DNA from: an uncultured Desulfosarcina sp.
GTDB lineage: Bacteria; Desulfobacterota; Desulfobacteria; Desulfobacterales; Desulfosarcinaceae
Length of the DNA stretch: 64,000 nucleotides
Direction: 5' to 3'
Assembly (NCBI GenBank): GCA_963674945.2
Contig: CAXXWQ010000002.1
Span: forward strand, 1-64,000
Numbering within the stretch: position 1 is the first letter of the stretch; every line of letters starts with the position of its first letter. Below are positions 20,773 to 30,615 of this stretch, one piece after another. A model generated the notes under the pieces. The model was given only the letters and a program-made list of their open reading frames with translations. It made no database searches and was not told the DNA's origin. The translations under genes and the position numbers were made by a program.

Positions 20773-22482
20773 ATGGCCGATATCTATAAAGAGACGTTGT
20801 GCTCCATTCTCGGCAGCCGGTATAAAATCGGCGGAAAATATGCCGAAGGGGGAATGGGGAAAATTTATCTGGGGATGCATCGTGCACTTGGAAAGCAAGT
20901 TGCCATCAAGGTCATTGACCAACGGTTTTGCAACGATAAAAAGATACGCAAACAGTTTTTCAAGGAGGCAAAGCTCGTCGCCAACCTTTCTCATAAGGGA
21001 ATCATCGATATTTACGATTTCGGTAGCCGGGAAGATTTTGATTTCATTATCATGCCATTTATTGACGGGGTTACCCTTTCGAAGAAATTGTCGAGAGAGG
21101 GACGGCTTTCAATGCACGAATCCCTGCGTATCACCCGAAGCGTAGCCGAGGCACTGGCCTTTGCACAGAAAAAAAAAGTGGTGCATCGGGACATAAAGCC
21201 CTCGAATATCCTGATCGACGAACAACAAGAGGTGATCCTCACCGATTTTGGTATCTGCAAAGATTTGACCGATCCCGAGCGCACGGCTTCCCGCATGATC
21301 ATGGGGTCGCCGAAATACATGAGTCCGGAGCAGGCCCTTGGCCAATCCGTTGACGGAAGAAGTGATTTGTATTCTCTGGGTCTCGTTTTTTATGAAATGG
21401 TAACGGGCAAATATCCGTTTCATGACAAACAGGCCGAGGATCTTTTGCATTCACAGGTTCACGGGCTGCCACCGGAGCCGGATCGACTCGTATCGGATAT
21501 TGAAAAACCGGTAAATGACGTTATCGTCAAGCTGATTCAGAAGTCCCCGGAAAGAAGATATCAATCCGCCGAAGAACTGATTGAAGACCTGAAACAATGC
21601 GCCTTTCTCGATCCCCGTGACAAATTGCATTCACCCATCCCCACAGCGTCGGACACGCTGATTCTCTCCAATGGGCCCACAGCCGTGAATGTGGACCCGG
21701 GCACTATGGGCGTTCCTTTACAGCAATCTTCCGATGGCCCAATGCCGGTCATCCATGCAGACGGTTCCAAACAGCCGGAAACCCATTTTCTTAGAAGATC
21801 ATTTCACTTTCGGTTCCTGGCATTGGCCGGGCTTTCTTTATTGCTTGGATCGGTCTTGCTCTACCACTTTGGATTCAAAGTACAAGATACGGCGTTGGTT
21901 TTCGAATCGACGACAAGTGAAAAAAATGTGGCAGCGGGAACTGCCGGCCAGGGAACGATTGGATCTGCGCAGTCGGATACGGTCGATGCAAATCAAAATT
22001 CCCCGCATGCACACATCCTTGCCCAACTGGTGGCATTGGGAAAGGACAAGGATACAACATTTGTGATGGCATGGTCGAATCAGTTACACTATCGGATCGG
22101 TGACGAAATATCCTATCATTTCATATCCGAAAAACCGTGCTATCTGATTATGCTGAACCAGACTTCCGCAGGCAACATCGTTCAGATTTTTCCCAATGGA
22201 AATGATCGAAACCAGTTCGTGGCGGCGAAACGAAAATACTCCATTCCCCGTGAGGAACTGGAAATCACCTTTACAGTAACGGGGCCGCCCGGACGCGATG
22301 AACTCATCGTTCTGGTCTCGGGCGAGCCCTTCGCCCTTTTCCCGGAAAATTACGAAGACGAGGTTTTTTACCAACTGGATGGGAAGAATGCCGATGCGTT
22401 TTCGAAACGGTTGGACCATCTGTTGACGTCAAGAACGGCTTCCATCGCACAAAAAAGAATCGGCTATACAATCGATAATTAA
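20773..22482 (+). CDS. Membrane Hanks-type Ser/Thr kinase with a C-terminal extracytoplasmic DUF4384-like domain
   Basis: EGGMGKIY, VAIK, HRDIKPSN, DFG, YMSPE, DLYSLG; TM LALAGLSLLLGSVLLYHF; YRIGDEI...CYLIML...IFPN...VTGPPGRD. Confidence 0.92.
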   Translation: MADIYKETLCSILGSRYKIGGKYAEGGMGKIYLGMHRALGKQVAIKVIDQRFCNDKKIRKQFFKEAKLVANLSHKGIIDIYDFGSREDFDFIIMPFIDGVTLSKKLSREGRLSMHESLRITRSVAEALAFAQKKKVVHRDIKPSNILIDEQQEVILTDFGICKDLTDPERTASRMIMGSPKYMSPEQALGQSVDGRSDLYSLGLVFYEMVTGKYPFHDKQAEDLLHSQVHGLPPEPDRLVSDIEKPVNDVIVKLIQKSPERRYQSAEELIEDLKQCAFLDPRDKLHSPIPTASDTLILSNGPTAVNVDPGTMGVPLQQSSDGPMPVIHADGSKQPETHFLRRSFHFRFLALAGLSLLLGSVLLYHFGFKVQDTALVFESTTSEKNVAAGTAGQGTIGSAQSDTVDANQNSPHAHILAQLVALGKDKDTTFVMAWSNQLHYRIGDEISYHFISEKPCYLIMLNQTSAGNIVQIFPNGNDRNQFVAAKRKYSIPREELEITFTVTGPPGRDELIVLVSGEPFALFPENYEDEVFYQLDGKNADAFSKRLDHLLTSRTASIAQKRIGYTIDN

Positions 22483-22522
22483 AATTCCATGTTTTGATGA
22501 ACTCATAGAAATTCGGGTTTCG

Positions 22523-22715
22523 GACGGCTTCGTAAAAAGTTCGAGATCAAGGATTGCTGGCCGCGACAGCGAGCGGATGCGAGCGAACAATAATCGATTT
22601 TCATCCTTTCGGCGAACATTTATGTTCCATCCCGAGGAATGAGGCGTATTTATGATACGTCGCAGTGACGAGGGATGAAGCGTAACGAAGATATCGGGCT
22701 TTTTACGAAGTCGTC
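22523..22715. repeat. MITE/REP-like element with terminal inverted repeats
   Basis: GACGGCTTCGTAAAAAG ... CTTTTTACGAAGTCGTC (16/17); right end overlaps the stop codon of the activator gene. Confidence 0.7.
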
Positions 22716-24576
22716 ATGTCTTGGGTTCTTCAATTTCCATCTTCTTCAGAAGCCTGCTGAGACGGTTGCGATCGACCTGAAGTAATTTTGCGGCCGCCGA
22801 TTTGTTCCAATTGGCTTGTTGCATCGCCATCTGGATATGGCCCCGTTCCACCTCAATCAATGGCTTGATGGAACCTGCGGGAACATCGGGCGACACTTCA
22901 AAGACATTCAGTAAATCTTTGAGGTGGTGTCGATCGATGGTGCCGCCGTCGCATCGATAGGCGGCCTGAAACAACGTGTTCCGCAATTCACGGATATTGC
23001 CCGGCCAATCATAGGCTTGCAGCAATCGCAGCGCTTTGATGGAAATGGCAAAGTCTCTTTTTCCATTCATATGCTGCTCACTGAGATCCTTCAGGATCTG
23101 TCGGGACAGGGGGCCGATATCTTCCGTTCGATCTCTCAGCGGTGGGGCGGTGATTTCCACATTGGCCAGTCGGAAGTACAGATCATCCCTGAATTGTAAC
23201 GCCTCGCGGTCATTTTTGATGTCCTTGTGGGTGGCGGAGATCACCCGCAGATCGATTTTGACGGGACGACGCCCCCCCACACGCCACACTTCCTGTTCCT
23301 GCAGTGCACGCAGGAGCTTGGCCTGTTGTTCGAATGGCATGTCGCCGATCTCATCGAGAAAGATTGTCCCGCCATCGGCCAGTTCGAGAAGCCCCGGTTT
23401 TTGTTGTGTGGCGCCGGTGAATGCGCCTTTCTCATGGCCAAAGAGTTCACTTTCGAACATAGCGGCGGCAATGGCGCTACAATTACAAGCAATGAACGCG
23501 CCGGTTCGTTTGGAGCGGTCATGGATATATCGGGCAATCACCTCCTTGCCAGTGCCCGTTTCGCCATAAATCAATACCGCTACATTGAAGGATGCGATTT
23601 TTTTGGTGTCCTGGAAAACCTTTATGGTTTTGGGACTGCGGGCGATGATTCCCTCGGTCTCAAGTTCCCGCGCATATCGCTGTTCATCCCGGTCGAGGCG
23701 GTTCTCTTTTTTCTCTTCCATGAGAAACGCCTGTGCCACATATCCGGCGACCGCGAACACCAGATCACGATCGGTTTTTAAAAAGCCGTTGTTTCGTTCC
23801 GGGTGATCCAGATAGAGGCATCCGACTGTTCGATCTTTCTCCAACAACGGCATGCACAACACCGAATGGACATCCAGTTCCAATATCCTCTTGTCTGCCT
23901 GTTCCTCGGCGTCACGGTGATAAAAGATCCAGGCGCCTTCTTCCATAACACTTTTCAAAAAATCACAAATGACTTCGGGCAATGTGCCATGGGGGCCAAA
24001 TCCACGAATGTGGGTAATGGACATTTCTCCGGTGCTATCTCGCCGGGATAGAATTGCGCGTTGGCCCCCGGTAATGTCGAGGAGGGTGACGAGCACCAGC
24101 GTACCGAAATCGACATCCCCGGTGGATGCGTATAAATCGGTCACCATTTTCAGCAATTGGGATAGCTTGTGGGCCAGCCCATCTTTCTCCTCCATGAACA
24201 GAGCCGGTCGGTTTGCTGTCGCCTGGCGCCATGAGGTGGCATCTTCCTGCGAGACGATTGTCATTCCGGCAGGAGGCGCATCCTGGGAACGAATATCGTC
24301 TACGAATGTGAAGAGATAATCGTGAATGCGAAAAGACTTTCCATGGGACAGGGGACATCGATCCATTCGCTGATCGTCGACAAAGGTTCCGTTTGTACTT
24401 CCTTCGTCGATCAGATCGAATCCTTCGGTTGTCTGTTCGATGCGGGCATGTCTTCTGGAAACGCCAACATCGTTCAATGGAATATCGTTTCCGCTTCCGC
24501 GCCCGATGCGTGTCTGTCCTTCAAGGGAATAGACATTATACAAGTGGGAATCTTTCGAAATGATTATGCTGGGCAT
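22714..24576 (-). CDS. FHA-GAF-sigma54 AAA+-Fis HTH transcriptional activator
   Basis: FHA IGRG...VSRRHA...STNGTFV; GAF SVLCMPL...GCLYLD; GETGTGKE, ESELFGHEKGAFTGA, FLDEIGD, WPGNIRELRN; HTH NKSAAAKLL. Confidence 0.95.
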   Translation of the reverse strand: MPSIIISKDSHLYNVYSLEGQTRIGRGSGNDIPLNDVGVSRRHARIEQTTEGFDLIDEGSTNGTFVDDQRMDRCPLSHGKSFRIHDYLFTFVDDIRSQDAPPAGMTIVSQEDATSWRQATANRPALFMEEKDGLAHKLSQLLKMVTDLYASTGDVDFGTLVLVTLLDITGGQRAILSRRDSTGEMSITHIRGFGPHGTLPEVICDFLKSVMEEGAWIFYHRDAEEQADKRILELDVHSVLCMPLLEKDRTVGCLYLDHPERNNGFLKTDRDLVFAVAGYVAQAFLMEEKKENRLDRDEQRYARELETEGIIARSPKTIKVFQDTKKIASFNVAVLIYGETGTGKEVIARYIHDRSKRTGAFIACNCSAIAAAMFESELFGHEKGAFTGATQQKPGLLELADGGTIFLDEIGDMPFEQQAKLLRALQEQEVWRVGGRRPVKIDLRVISATHKDIKNDREALQFRDDLYFRLANVEITAPPLRDRTEDIGPLSRQILKDLSEQHMNGKRDFAISIKALRLLQAYDWPGNIRELRNTLFQAAYRCDGGTIDRHHLKDLLNVFEVSPDVPAGSIKPLIEVERGHIQMAMQQANWNKSAAAKLLQVDRNRLSRLLKKMEIEEPKT

Positions 24577-24691
24577 GTCACTATCGAACCCTCCCTCGTT
24601 TCATTGCTCTTCATGTTCGCCAATCGGAAGTACCGTTGACATCAACTCATATTGGATTGAGAGTAACTTCAATTCACTGTGTTTGTCAATT

Positions 24692-24806
24692 TTGACGGTG
24701 CCGTAAAAATCCGATCCATCTATCGGCTAAGAAGATAATCACGCGTTTCTTGCACGCGATTGTTAGGCCATCTTTGTCCTGGAAAAGCTTTTTACGGGTT
24801 CATCAA
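24692..24806. repeat. Second, shorter and diverged copy of the same MITE/REP-like family
   Basis: TTGACGGTGCCGTAAAAA ... TTTTTACGGGTTCATCAA. Confidence 0.55.
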
Positions 24807-25039
24807 TTCTGGTTCTGCATGGTGCAAGGTTGCTGTATTTTGATTGATATTTTTTGGCCATTTGCCAACATTCACCAATTTTGATATGGTAATGAAAAAG
24901 TATTTTATGATATTTTAAACATTCTGCCTGCTGTGCCCACATACGGAAAAATAAAGACGCGATGTTGTTAGGAAGAAAGCACGACACGATGATTGGCTGG
25001 AAGTGAATAATCCCGTTCATACGGCTTTCGGAGGCGCTT

Positions 25040-25336
25040 TTGGAAATTCATCAAGGTTTCGTTGACTCGGCATGCGTACGATCAGAATCAGGAACCATCG
25101 ACGAACAGGAATCGATCCCCGATGACCTCGGTTCGTCAAACGGCGAGTTTGAAATTCGACTCTCCATCGCCATTTATGCCATTATCGCCGTCATCGGCAT
25201 GGCGGCGATTTTTTTAGGAGCATCACACTTAGCGGCACAAATCAAGTATCAATTCCCCTTTCCGGTAAAGGTGGCATGCCCGGAGAAGCCGGCTGATATG
25301 CCGACACCCCATCTTTTCGGTGATTACCAGCAATGA
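25040..25336 (+). CDS. Small hypothetical single-TM protein
   Basis: GGAGG upstream of a TTG start; one hydrophobic helix. Confidence 0.4.
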   Translation: MEIHQGFVDSACVRSESGTIDEQESIPDDLGSSNGEFEIRLSIAIYAIIAVIGMAAIFLGASHLAAQIKYQFPFPVKVACPEKPADMPTPHLFGDYQQ

Positions 25337-25487
25337 GTCGTTGTCTTGCAAAATCGCCGTGAACAAACGATCCATAACGGTCGTCTACCAACCAACCATA
25401 CCGGGACATCGTGCCCGCTTTCGAAGCGTCTGCAGGCGTCACCGGCATGTCCAATAGAGATTTCCTTCTATCCTGTCGATTGAAGAT

Positions 25488-26945
25488 TTACCCGCCGGAT
25501 CGTTCGACAAAGGTGTGCAGGGGCTCGGGTTTGAAAGCGTAGCTGCTAAGGGGCTGCCACTGGCAGAGTGCGGAGATCTCTATCCCATCTTGAATGACGG
25601 CAACGGGTCGATCGGCTGAAACGACCACGACGATGATGTCATTGTGCTCTGCCGAAAAGCGCAGTGCGGAGTTGTAACGTGCCCCACGGGAAAGGTCTTC
25701 GCCGGGGATGGTGCGTCCGTCGAGCAGACAACCGAAGCCCTGCAACTGAATCAGGCGGGTTATATGCAGGGCGCCGTCCACCTTCGTGAGGGATTTGGCA
25801 AGGTCCAAAAGGTGCAGTTCTCTAAGGTCGAGGGGGGTGTCGAGGGTCTGACCGGAGATCTTCACCGCTTTCTCATTCAGGTCGATCACCAGCGTACAAC
25901 CGTGCTTCTGGGCCTGGGCGTGGTGGACAAGGTTGGTAACGGTACGAAAAAGGACCCCACCCGTTTCGGCGTCCAGGTCGCTTTCGAGAATAAGCTCCTC
26001 TAATTGCACCATCTTGGCCTGACGGGTCGTGGATTGAAAACTTCCGTCGCAGAAGCTGCAGACAGTATCCTCGTTAATTTTGAGAAAGCCATGCTGGCCA
26101 AGAAAGTCGGCTAGCAGACAGAAGCTCGGCAGTTCACCATTGCTGATCCCCAGGATGGTTTGGCCGTCGGATACGAGTTTGCGGGGTGAGCCAGTGACGG
26201 CCTGGAGCATCTTGCAGACGTGTTTGTGGTTGTCCAGCATCGGTTGTTCGCTGGGCCGGAACCGGGCTACGAAATTGATGGTTTGCTGAAACCGCGGCTC
26301 GCTGAAGAGCAGTTCACCCCTGGGCCAGGCACCTTCTTCCCGGGACTTGGAGATTCCCAAGACGGCATCGAGAATGGGATAAACCCGCATCTGGGAGTCC
26401 CAGCCGAGTTTCAGATTGATCTCATCGACCACATGATCGCGCACTGCGTGGGTGGCGTACTCTCGCAGAAAGTAGCCGGAGATGCCGGTGTAAAGCTCAC
26501 TGCCATTGGCGATATCATGGGAGAAACGCCAACAGGCATGTTCCAGCCAGCGTTCGGTGGGTCCCACACTGCACAGGTCGGGATGGTGCTCGGTGAACCA
26601 CATCTGGTAGAATACCGAATTGGAGCGTCCTCCATAGGAGATCAATCCTGCCAGGCCGAGATCAGGCTCGGGGAGGATGCGGTAGAACATCAAGCGGTCC
26701 CGCCCGGGGGGGGCTTTGGTACGCCAGGTCTCATCTTCCAAAAAGAGTTGGCGAAACTTCGGTTCGTGGCCCTGAAGAAGGTGCTGCGGGTCACAGACGA
26801 GAAGGGGCTCGTCGGCCGTAAGGGTAAAGATCACTGCCGTCCGGCTGGCACCGGAATAATGGGAGATGCCGTCGCGCAACCCTTCCAGGGTGTCGCTGAC
26901 CACATGATTTACAAAGGCCTTTCGATACTTTTCCGACATGTACAA
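25488..26945 (-). CDS. Diadenylate cyclase (DisA_N/DAC) domain protein with long N-terminal sensor-like region
   Basis: HGCTLVID, KVDGAL, RGARYNSALRF, VVVSAD in the C-terminal domain. Confidence 0.82.
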   Translation of the reverse strand: MYMSEKYRKAFVNHVVSDTLEGLRDGISHYSGASRTAVIFTLTADEPLLVCDPQHLLQGHEPKFRQLFLEDETWRTKAPPGRDRLMFYRILPEPDLGLAGLISYGGRSNSVFYQMWFTEHHPDLCSVGPTERWLEHACWRFSHDIANGSELYTGISGYFLREYATHAVRDHVVDEINLKLGWDSQMRVYPILDAVLGISKSREEGAWPRGELLFSEPRFQQTINFVARFRPSEQPMLDNHKHVCKMLQAVTGSPRKLVSDGQTILGISNGELPSFCLLADFLGQHGFLKINEDTVCSFCDGSFQSTTRQAKMVQLEELILESDLDAETGGVLFRTVTNLVHHAQAQKHGCTLVIDLNEKAVKISGQTLDTPLDLRELHLLDLAKSLTKVDGALHITRLIQLQGFGCLLDGRTIPGEDLSRGARYNSALRFSAEHNDIIVVVVSADRPVAVIQDGIEISALCQWQPLSSYAFKPEPLHTFVERSGG

Positions 26946-27028
26946 ATTTTATCAGGAAAAAAAGGAAATTAACAGGCCAATTGTGATGGCAGTCGATAGG
27001 TATCCGTCTTGCATCGGACTTTCTCCTG

Positions 27029-27217
27029 GTGTACTGGATGATTGGTTTGGGCTTGCGCCCCGGTTGGCGGTCTGGCAAACGATATCAACTCGACCTCAAC
27101 GGCAGTGCCTTGTTTTCAGGCAATATTACCATTGACGATGAAAATGGGAATGAATTGGGTGAAACGGATTACGATACATCGCCGTTTGTGGGTGTCGCCA
27201 TGAGAGGACAATTTTGA
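27029..27217 (+). pseudogene. 3' remnant of an outer-membrane beta-barrel gene
   Basis: Only the last strands ...PFVGVAMRGQF with terminal Phe; no intact 5' part. Confidence 0.4.
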
Positions 27218-27281
27218 TGAACGCACAAAAAGTCGCTGTTCTGACGGATTCATCGTTCGGTCCAGAAAAGGAGATTTTCCA

Positions 27282-29105
27282 ATGACAAAAATCCAAAAAA
27301 ATTCCACCAAAAAGATACCAAATAGATCGGAAATTCCCGCAGAACACCGGTGGGATTTGACACCTTTATTTGCCACCGATGCGGCATGGGAGAACGAATT
27401 TGACAAGATTGAAAAGAAGATAGAGGCGTATGCCCAGTTCCGGGGAACGCTGCTGGCGTCACCAAAGAGCCTTGCCCGAGGGCTTTTGTTCCACCTGGAG
27501 ATTTCCCGCCGCATTGAAAACCTGTATACCTATGCCCACTTAAAAAGTGACGAAGACAAATCCAATAGCCGATATCTCGGTTTGCAGGACAGGGCCATGG
27601 GATTGATCACAAGGGTGTCGGAGGCATCCAGTTTCATCGATCCGGAAATCCAGTCCCTCGACGTCTCCCGCGAATGGGAATTTATCAGCGCTCCTGAATT
27701 GGCGGCATATCGATTTTTTCTGGAAAAGATACTTCGTGCCAGGCCTCACACCCATGGGGAAGAGATTGAGAAGATTCTGGCCATGACCATGGAAGTGGCA
27801 AGGGGACCGTCACAGATTTTCAGCCAGTTGGACAATGCAGACCTGACATTCGGGACGATAGCCGACGAAAAAGGGGAGCAATCGGAATTGAGTCACGGAA
27901 ATTTTATCTCCTTTTTAATGAAAAATAATCGGAAGATCCGCCGGCGTGCATTTGAGCAGTATTACGAAACCTATGACGCACACAAACACGGCATTGCAGC
28001 GGCCCTGGCCCATTCGGTAAAAAAGGACCTGTTTTTCGCAAGGGTGCGAAATTTTTCTTCCTGTCGAAACGCCGCTCTTTTCCAGGACAATGTTCCCGAA
28101 TCGGTGTACGAGAATCTGGTGGAGACAGTAAAGGTCAACACGGCGCCCCTTTTTCGCTACCTGAACCTTCGAAAAAAGATGCTGCAGGTGGACAACCTCC
28201 ACTTTTATGATACCTATGTTCCCCTCGTGTCCGAAGTCGACTTTCGGCTCGACTATGACGAGGCGGTAAAGATCGCCGTGGCCTCACTGGCACCCCTTGG
28301 TGAGGAATATACGCGCGTTGTGGCGCAAGGACTTCGAAATGGATGGGTGGACCGGTATGAGAACAAGGGGAAACGCAGTGGGGCCTACTCTTCGGGCAGC
28401 TATGATTCACCGCCGTATATTCTGCTCAATTTCGAAAACGACAACATCAACAGCCTTTTCACCCTTGTCCACGAAGCCGGGCACAGCATGCACTCCTATC
28501 TTTCCAAGTCCCATCAGCCTTATGTGAACTATCAGTACACCATCTTTGCCGCCGAGGTGGCATCGACATTTAACGAGGTATTGCTTTCCCGCTATCTGCT
28601 GGACCAGTATCGTACAGACGACAAAATGACCGCTTATCTTCTCAATCGGCAGATCGACAACATTCGTGGCACCTTTTTCCGCCAGACCATGTTCGCAGAG
28701 TTCGAATTGCTGATCCATCGGGATGCGGAAGAGACAAAGCCGCTGACGGTGGACAGTCTCATGGAAACCTATCATCGATTACTGGAGATCTATTTCAACG
28801 ACGCATTGGTCATTGATCCGCAACTCGACCTGGAATGTCTTCGCATTCCCCATTTCTACAGCGCCTTTTATGTCTACAAATATGCGACTGGCCTGGCGGC
28901 GGCCATTGCTTTGGCGCGAGGGGTGCTTGCGGGAGGCATGGACGAAAGGGACGCCTATCTCGATTTCCTGAAGTCGGGGGGCAGCATGTTCCCTCTGGAT
29001 GCGCTGCATAAAGCGGGTGCGGATCTGGCCTCTCCTGAACCAATCTTAGGGACCATTGCCCATTTCGAGGAGCTGGTCGATGGATTCGCCGACCGACAGT
29101 GCTAA
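27282..29105 (+). CDS. pepF: Oligoendopeptidase F (M3B)
   Basis: RSEIP...WDL, GKRSGAYS, HEAGHSMH, AEVAST, HFY...FYVYKYATG. Confidence 0.95.
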   Translation: MTKIQKNSTKKIPNRSEIPAEHRWDLTPLFATDAAWENEFDKIEKKIEAYAQFRGTLLASPKSLARGLLFHLEISRRIENLYTYAHLKSDEDKSNSRYLGLQDRAMGLITRVSEASSFIDPEIQSLDVSREWEFISAPELAAYRFFLEKILRARPHTHGEEIEKILAMTMEVARGPSQIFSQLDNADLTFGTIADEKGEQSELSHGNFISFLMKNNRKIRRRAFEQYYETYDAHKHGIAAALAHSVKKDLFFARVRNFSSCRNAALFQDNVPESVYENLVETVKVNTAPLFRYLNLRKKMLQVDNLHFYDTYVPLVSEVDFRLDYDEAVKIAVASLAPLGEEYTRVVAQGLRNGWVDRYENKGKRSGAYSSGSYDSPPYILLNFENDNINSLFTLVHEAGHSMHSYLSKSHQPYVNYQYTIFAAEVASTFNEVLLSRYLLDQYRTDDKMTAYLLNRQIDNIRGTFFRQTMFAEFELLIHRDAEETKPLTVDSLMETYHRLLEIYFNDALVIDPQLDLECLRIPHFYSAFYVYKYATGLAAAIALARGVLAGGMDERDAYLDFLKSGGSMFPLDALHKAGADLASPEPILGTIAHFEELVDGFADRQC

Positions 29106-29565
29106 CAGGTCAGTTTACAACTCCCATGAATGATTTCATGAATCAGGGGGAACCAATTTTTTATATACAGGTCATATGAAAAGAGCGAGGGGTGAAGGAC
29201 GATGGAAAAGGGATGAAAAGGATACGCTTGTATCGTCTTTCGTCCTGCATCCTTCATCCAGCCTGAACAATTCTACAGCCTATACTCCTGCCCCCAAAAC
29301 TACCGTGTAGAAGAGAGGTCACCCTGGATAAGCTGCGCTTGTCATCAAGCCGACTCTTTGTTATGCTAAATAGTCACTATTCTGAAATGGTCAATTTGAC
29401 CGATGTTTTTCGTTCGCGTTCCTTCACCGTAGGATCTGCAGCGGGAGATATCGATCGGATTTCACTGTTTTTTTTGGATAGACATATAACAGGTTGGTAA
29501 GATAATACATTTTCTCGCACAACGATTTTTCTAAATACTGATGCTATTATGGATAAGACTGCCCG

Positions 29566-30516
29566 ATGAAAAGCAAAAGCCAACCCTATTCCATCCTGCT
29601 GGCGGAAGACGATCCCATTTCACGTCGTTTGTTTGAAAAAATACTTACAAAAGAGGGTTTTTCCGTCACCACGGCTGAAAATGGTCGAAAAGCACTGGAT
29701 CTGACACGGAGGCACTTTTTCCCTTTGGTTTTAACGGACTGGCAGATGCCGGAGGTGGAAGGTCCGGATTTGTGCAGAATGATTCGGAAGGAAAATTCAG
29801 AAAGCTACGTCTACATCATCATGCTCACTTCCAAAGGATCCAAGGATGATATCATCTCCGGCCTGAAGGCCGGCGCAGATGACTTTCTTACCAAACCGGC
29901 CCATCACGAAGAACTTTTGGCCCGCATCAATACCGGTATCCGGATCCTGGAACTCGAGAAATCACTGAAGAACGCCGTGGACAAGATCCACATCATGTCC
30001 ATCACGGATCCGTTGACCGAAGTGTATAACCGCAGTTTCATCAACGAACGGTTGCCTCAGGAGATCGGGCGTGCCATCCGGTACGATCGTGATCTCTCCA
30101 TTATGATTTGCGACATCGATCATTTCAAAAAGGTTAACGATACCCACGGCCACCTGACCGGAGACACCGTTCTTAAGAAATTTGCCCAATGCCTCAGCAA
30201 CAACATCCGACAACACGTGGACTGGGTCGGGCGATTCGGAGGAGAAGAATTTTTGCTCGTTTTGCCGGAAACGAACCTGAGTGGTGCCATGGTACTGGCT
30301 GAACGGATCCGCAAGGTCGTCGCGGAGTGCGAGATGGCCTATAAAGGGATCAGTCTTTTCATCACCGCCAGTTTCGGCGTTACCAGTTTTTCTTCCGTGG
30401 ATAAAAATCACACCGTGACACCGGAAATGTTGTTGGGGGCAGCCGATATTCTGTTGTACGAGGCGAAAGAAGGCGGGCGAAACGACATCCGGGGACGCCA
30501 GTGGACACCCCAGTGA
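29566..30516 (+). CDS. Response regulator-diguanylate cyclase (REC-GGDEF)
   Basis: AEDD, DWQMP, KP; DIDHFKKVND, RFGGEEF. Confidence 0.95.
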   Translation: MKSKSQPYSILLAEDDPISRRLFEKILTKEGFSVTTAENGRKALDLTRRHFFPLVLTDWQMPEVEGPDLCRMIRKENSESYVYIIMLTSKGSKDDIISGLKAGADDFLTKPAHHEELLARINTGIRILELEKSLKNAVDKIHIMSITDPLTEVYNRSFINERLPQEIGRAIRYDRDLSIMICDIDHFKKVNDTHGHLTGDTVLKKFAQCLSNNIRQHVDWVGRFGGEEFLLVLPETNLSGAMVLAERIRKVVAECEMAYKGISLFITASFGVTSFSSVDKNHTVTPEMLLGAADILLYEAKEGGRNDIRGRQWTPQ

Positions 30517-30615
30517 AAAAGAATCCGTCCGAACAGCGGCTTTTTATATGTTTATCGGATTTACGATTTTTGTACCGTCCGACATGGTCTGAAGTTCATG
30601 TCGGACGTTTTTTTT

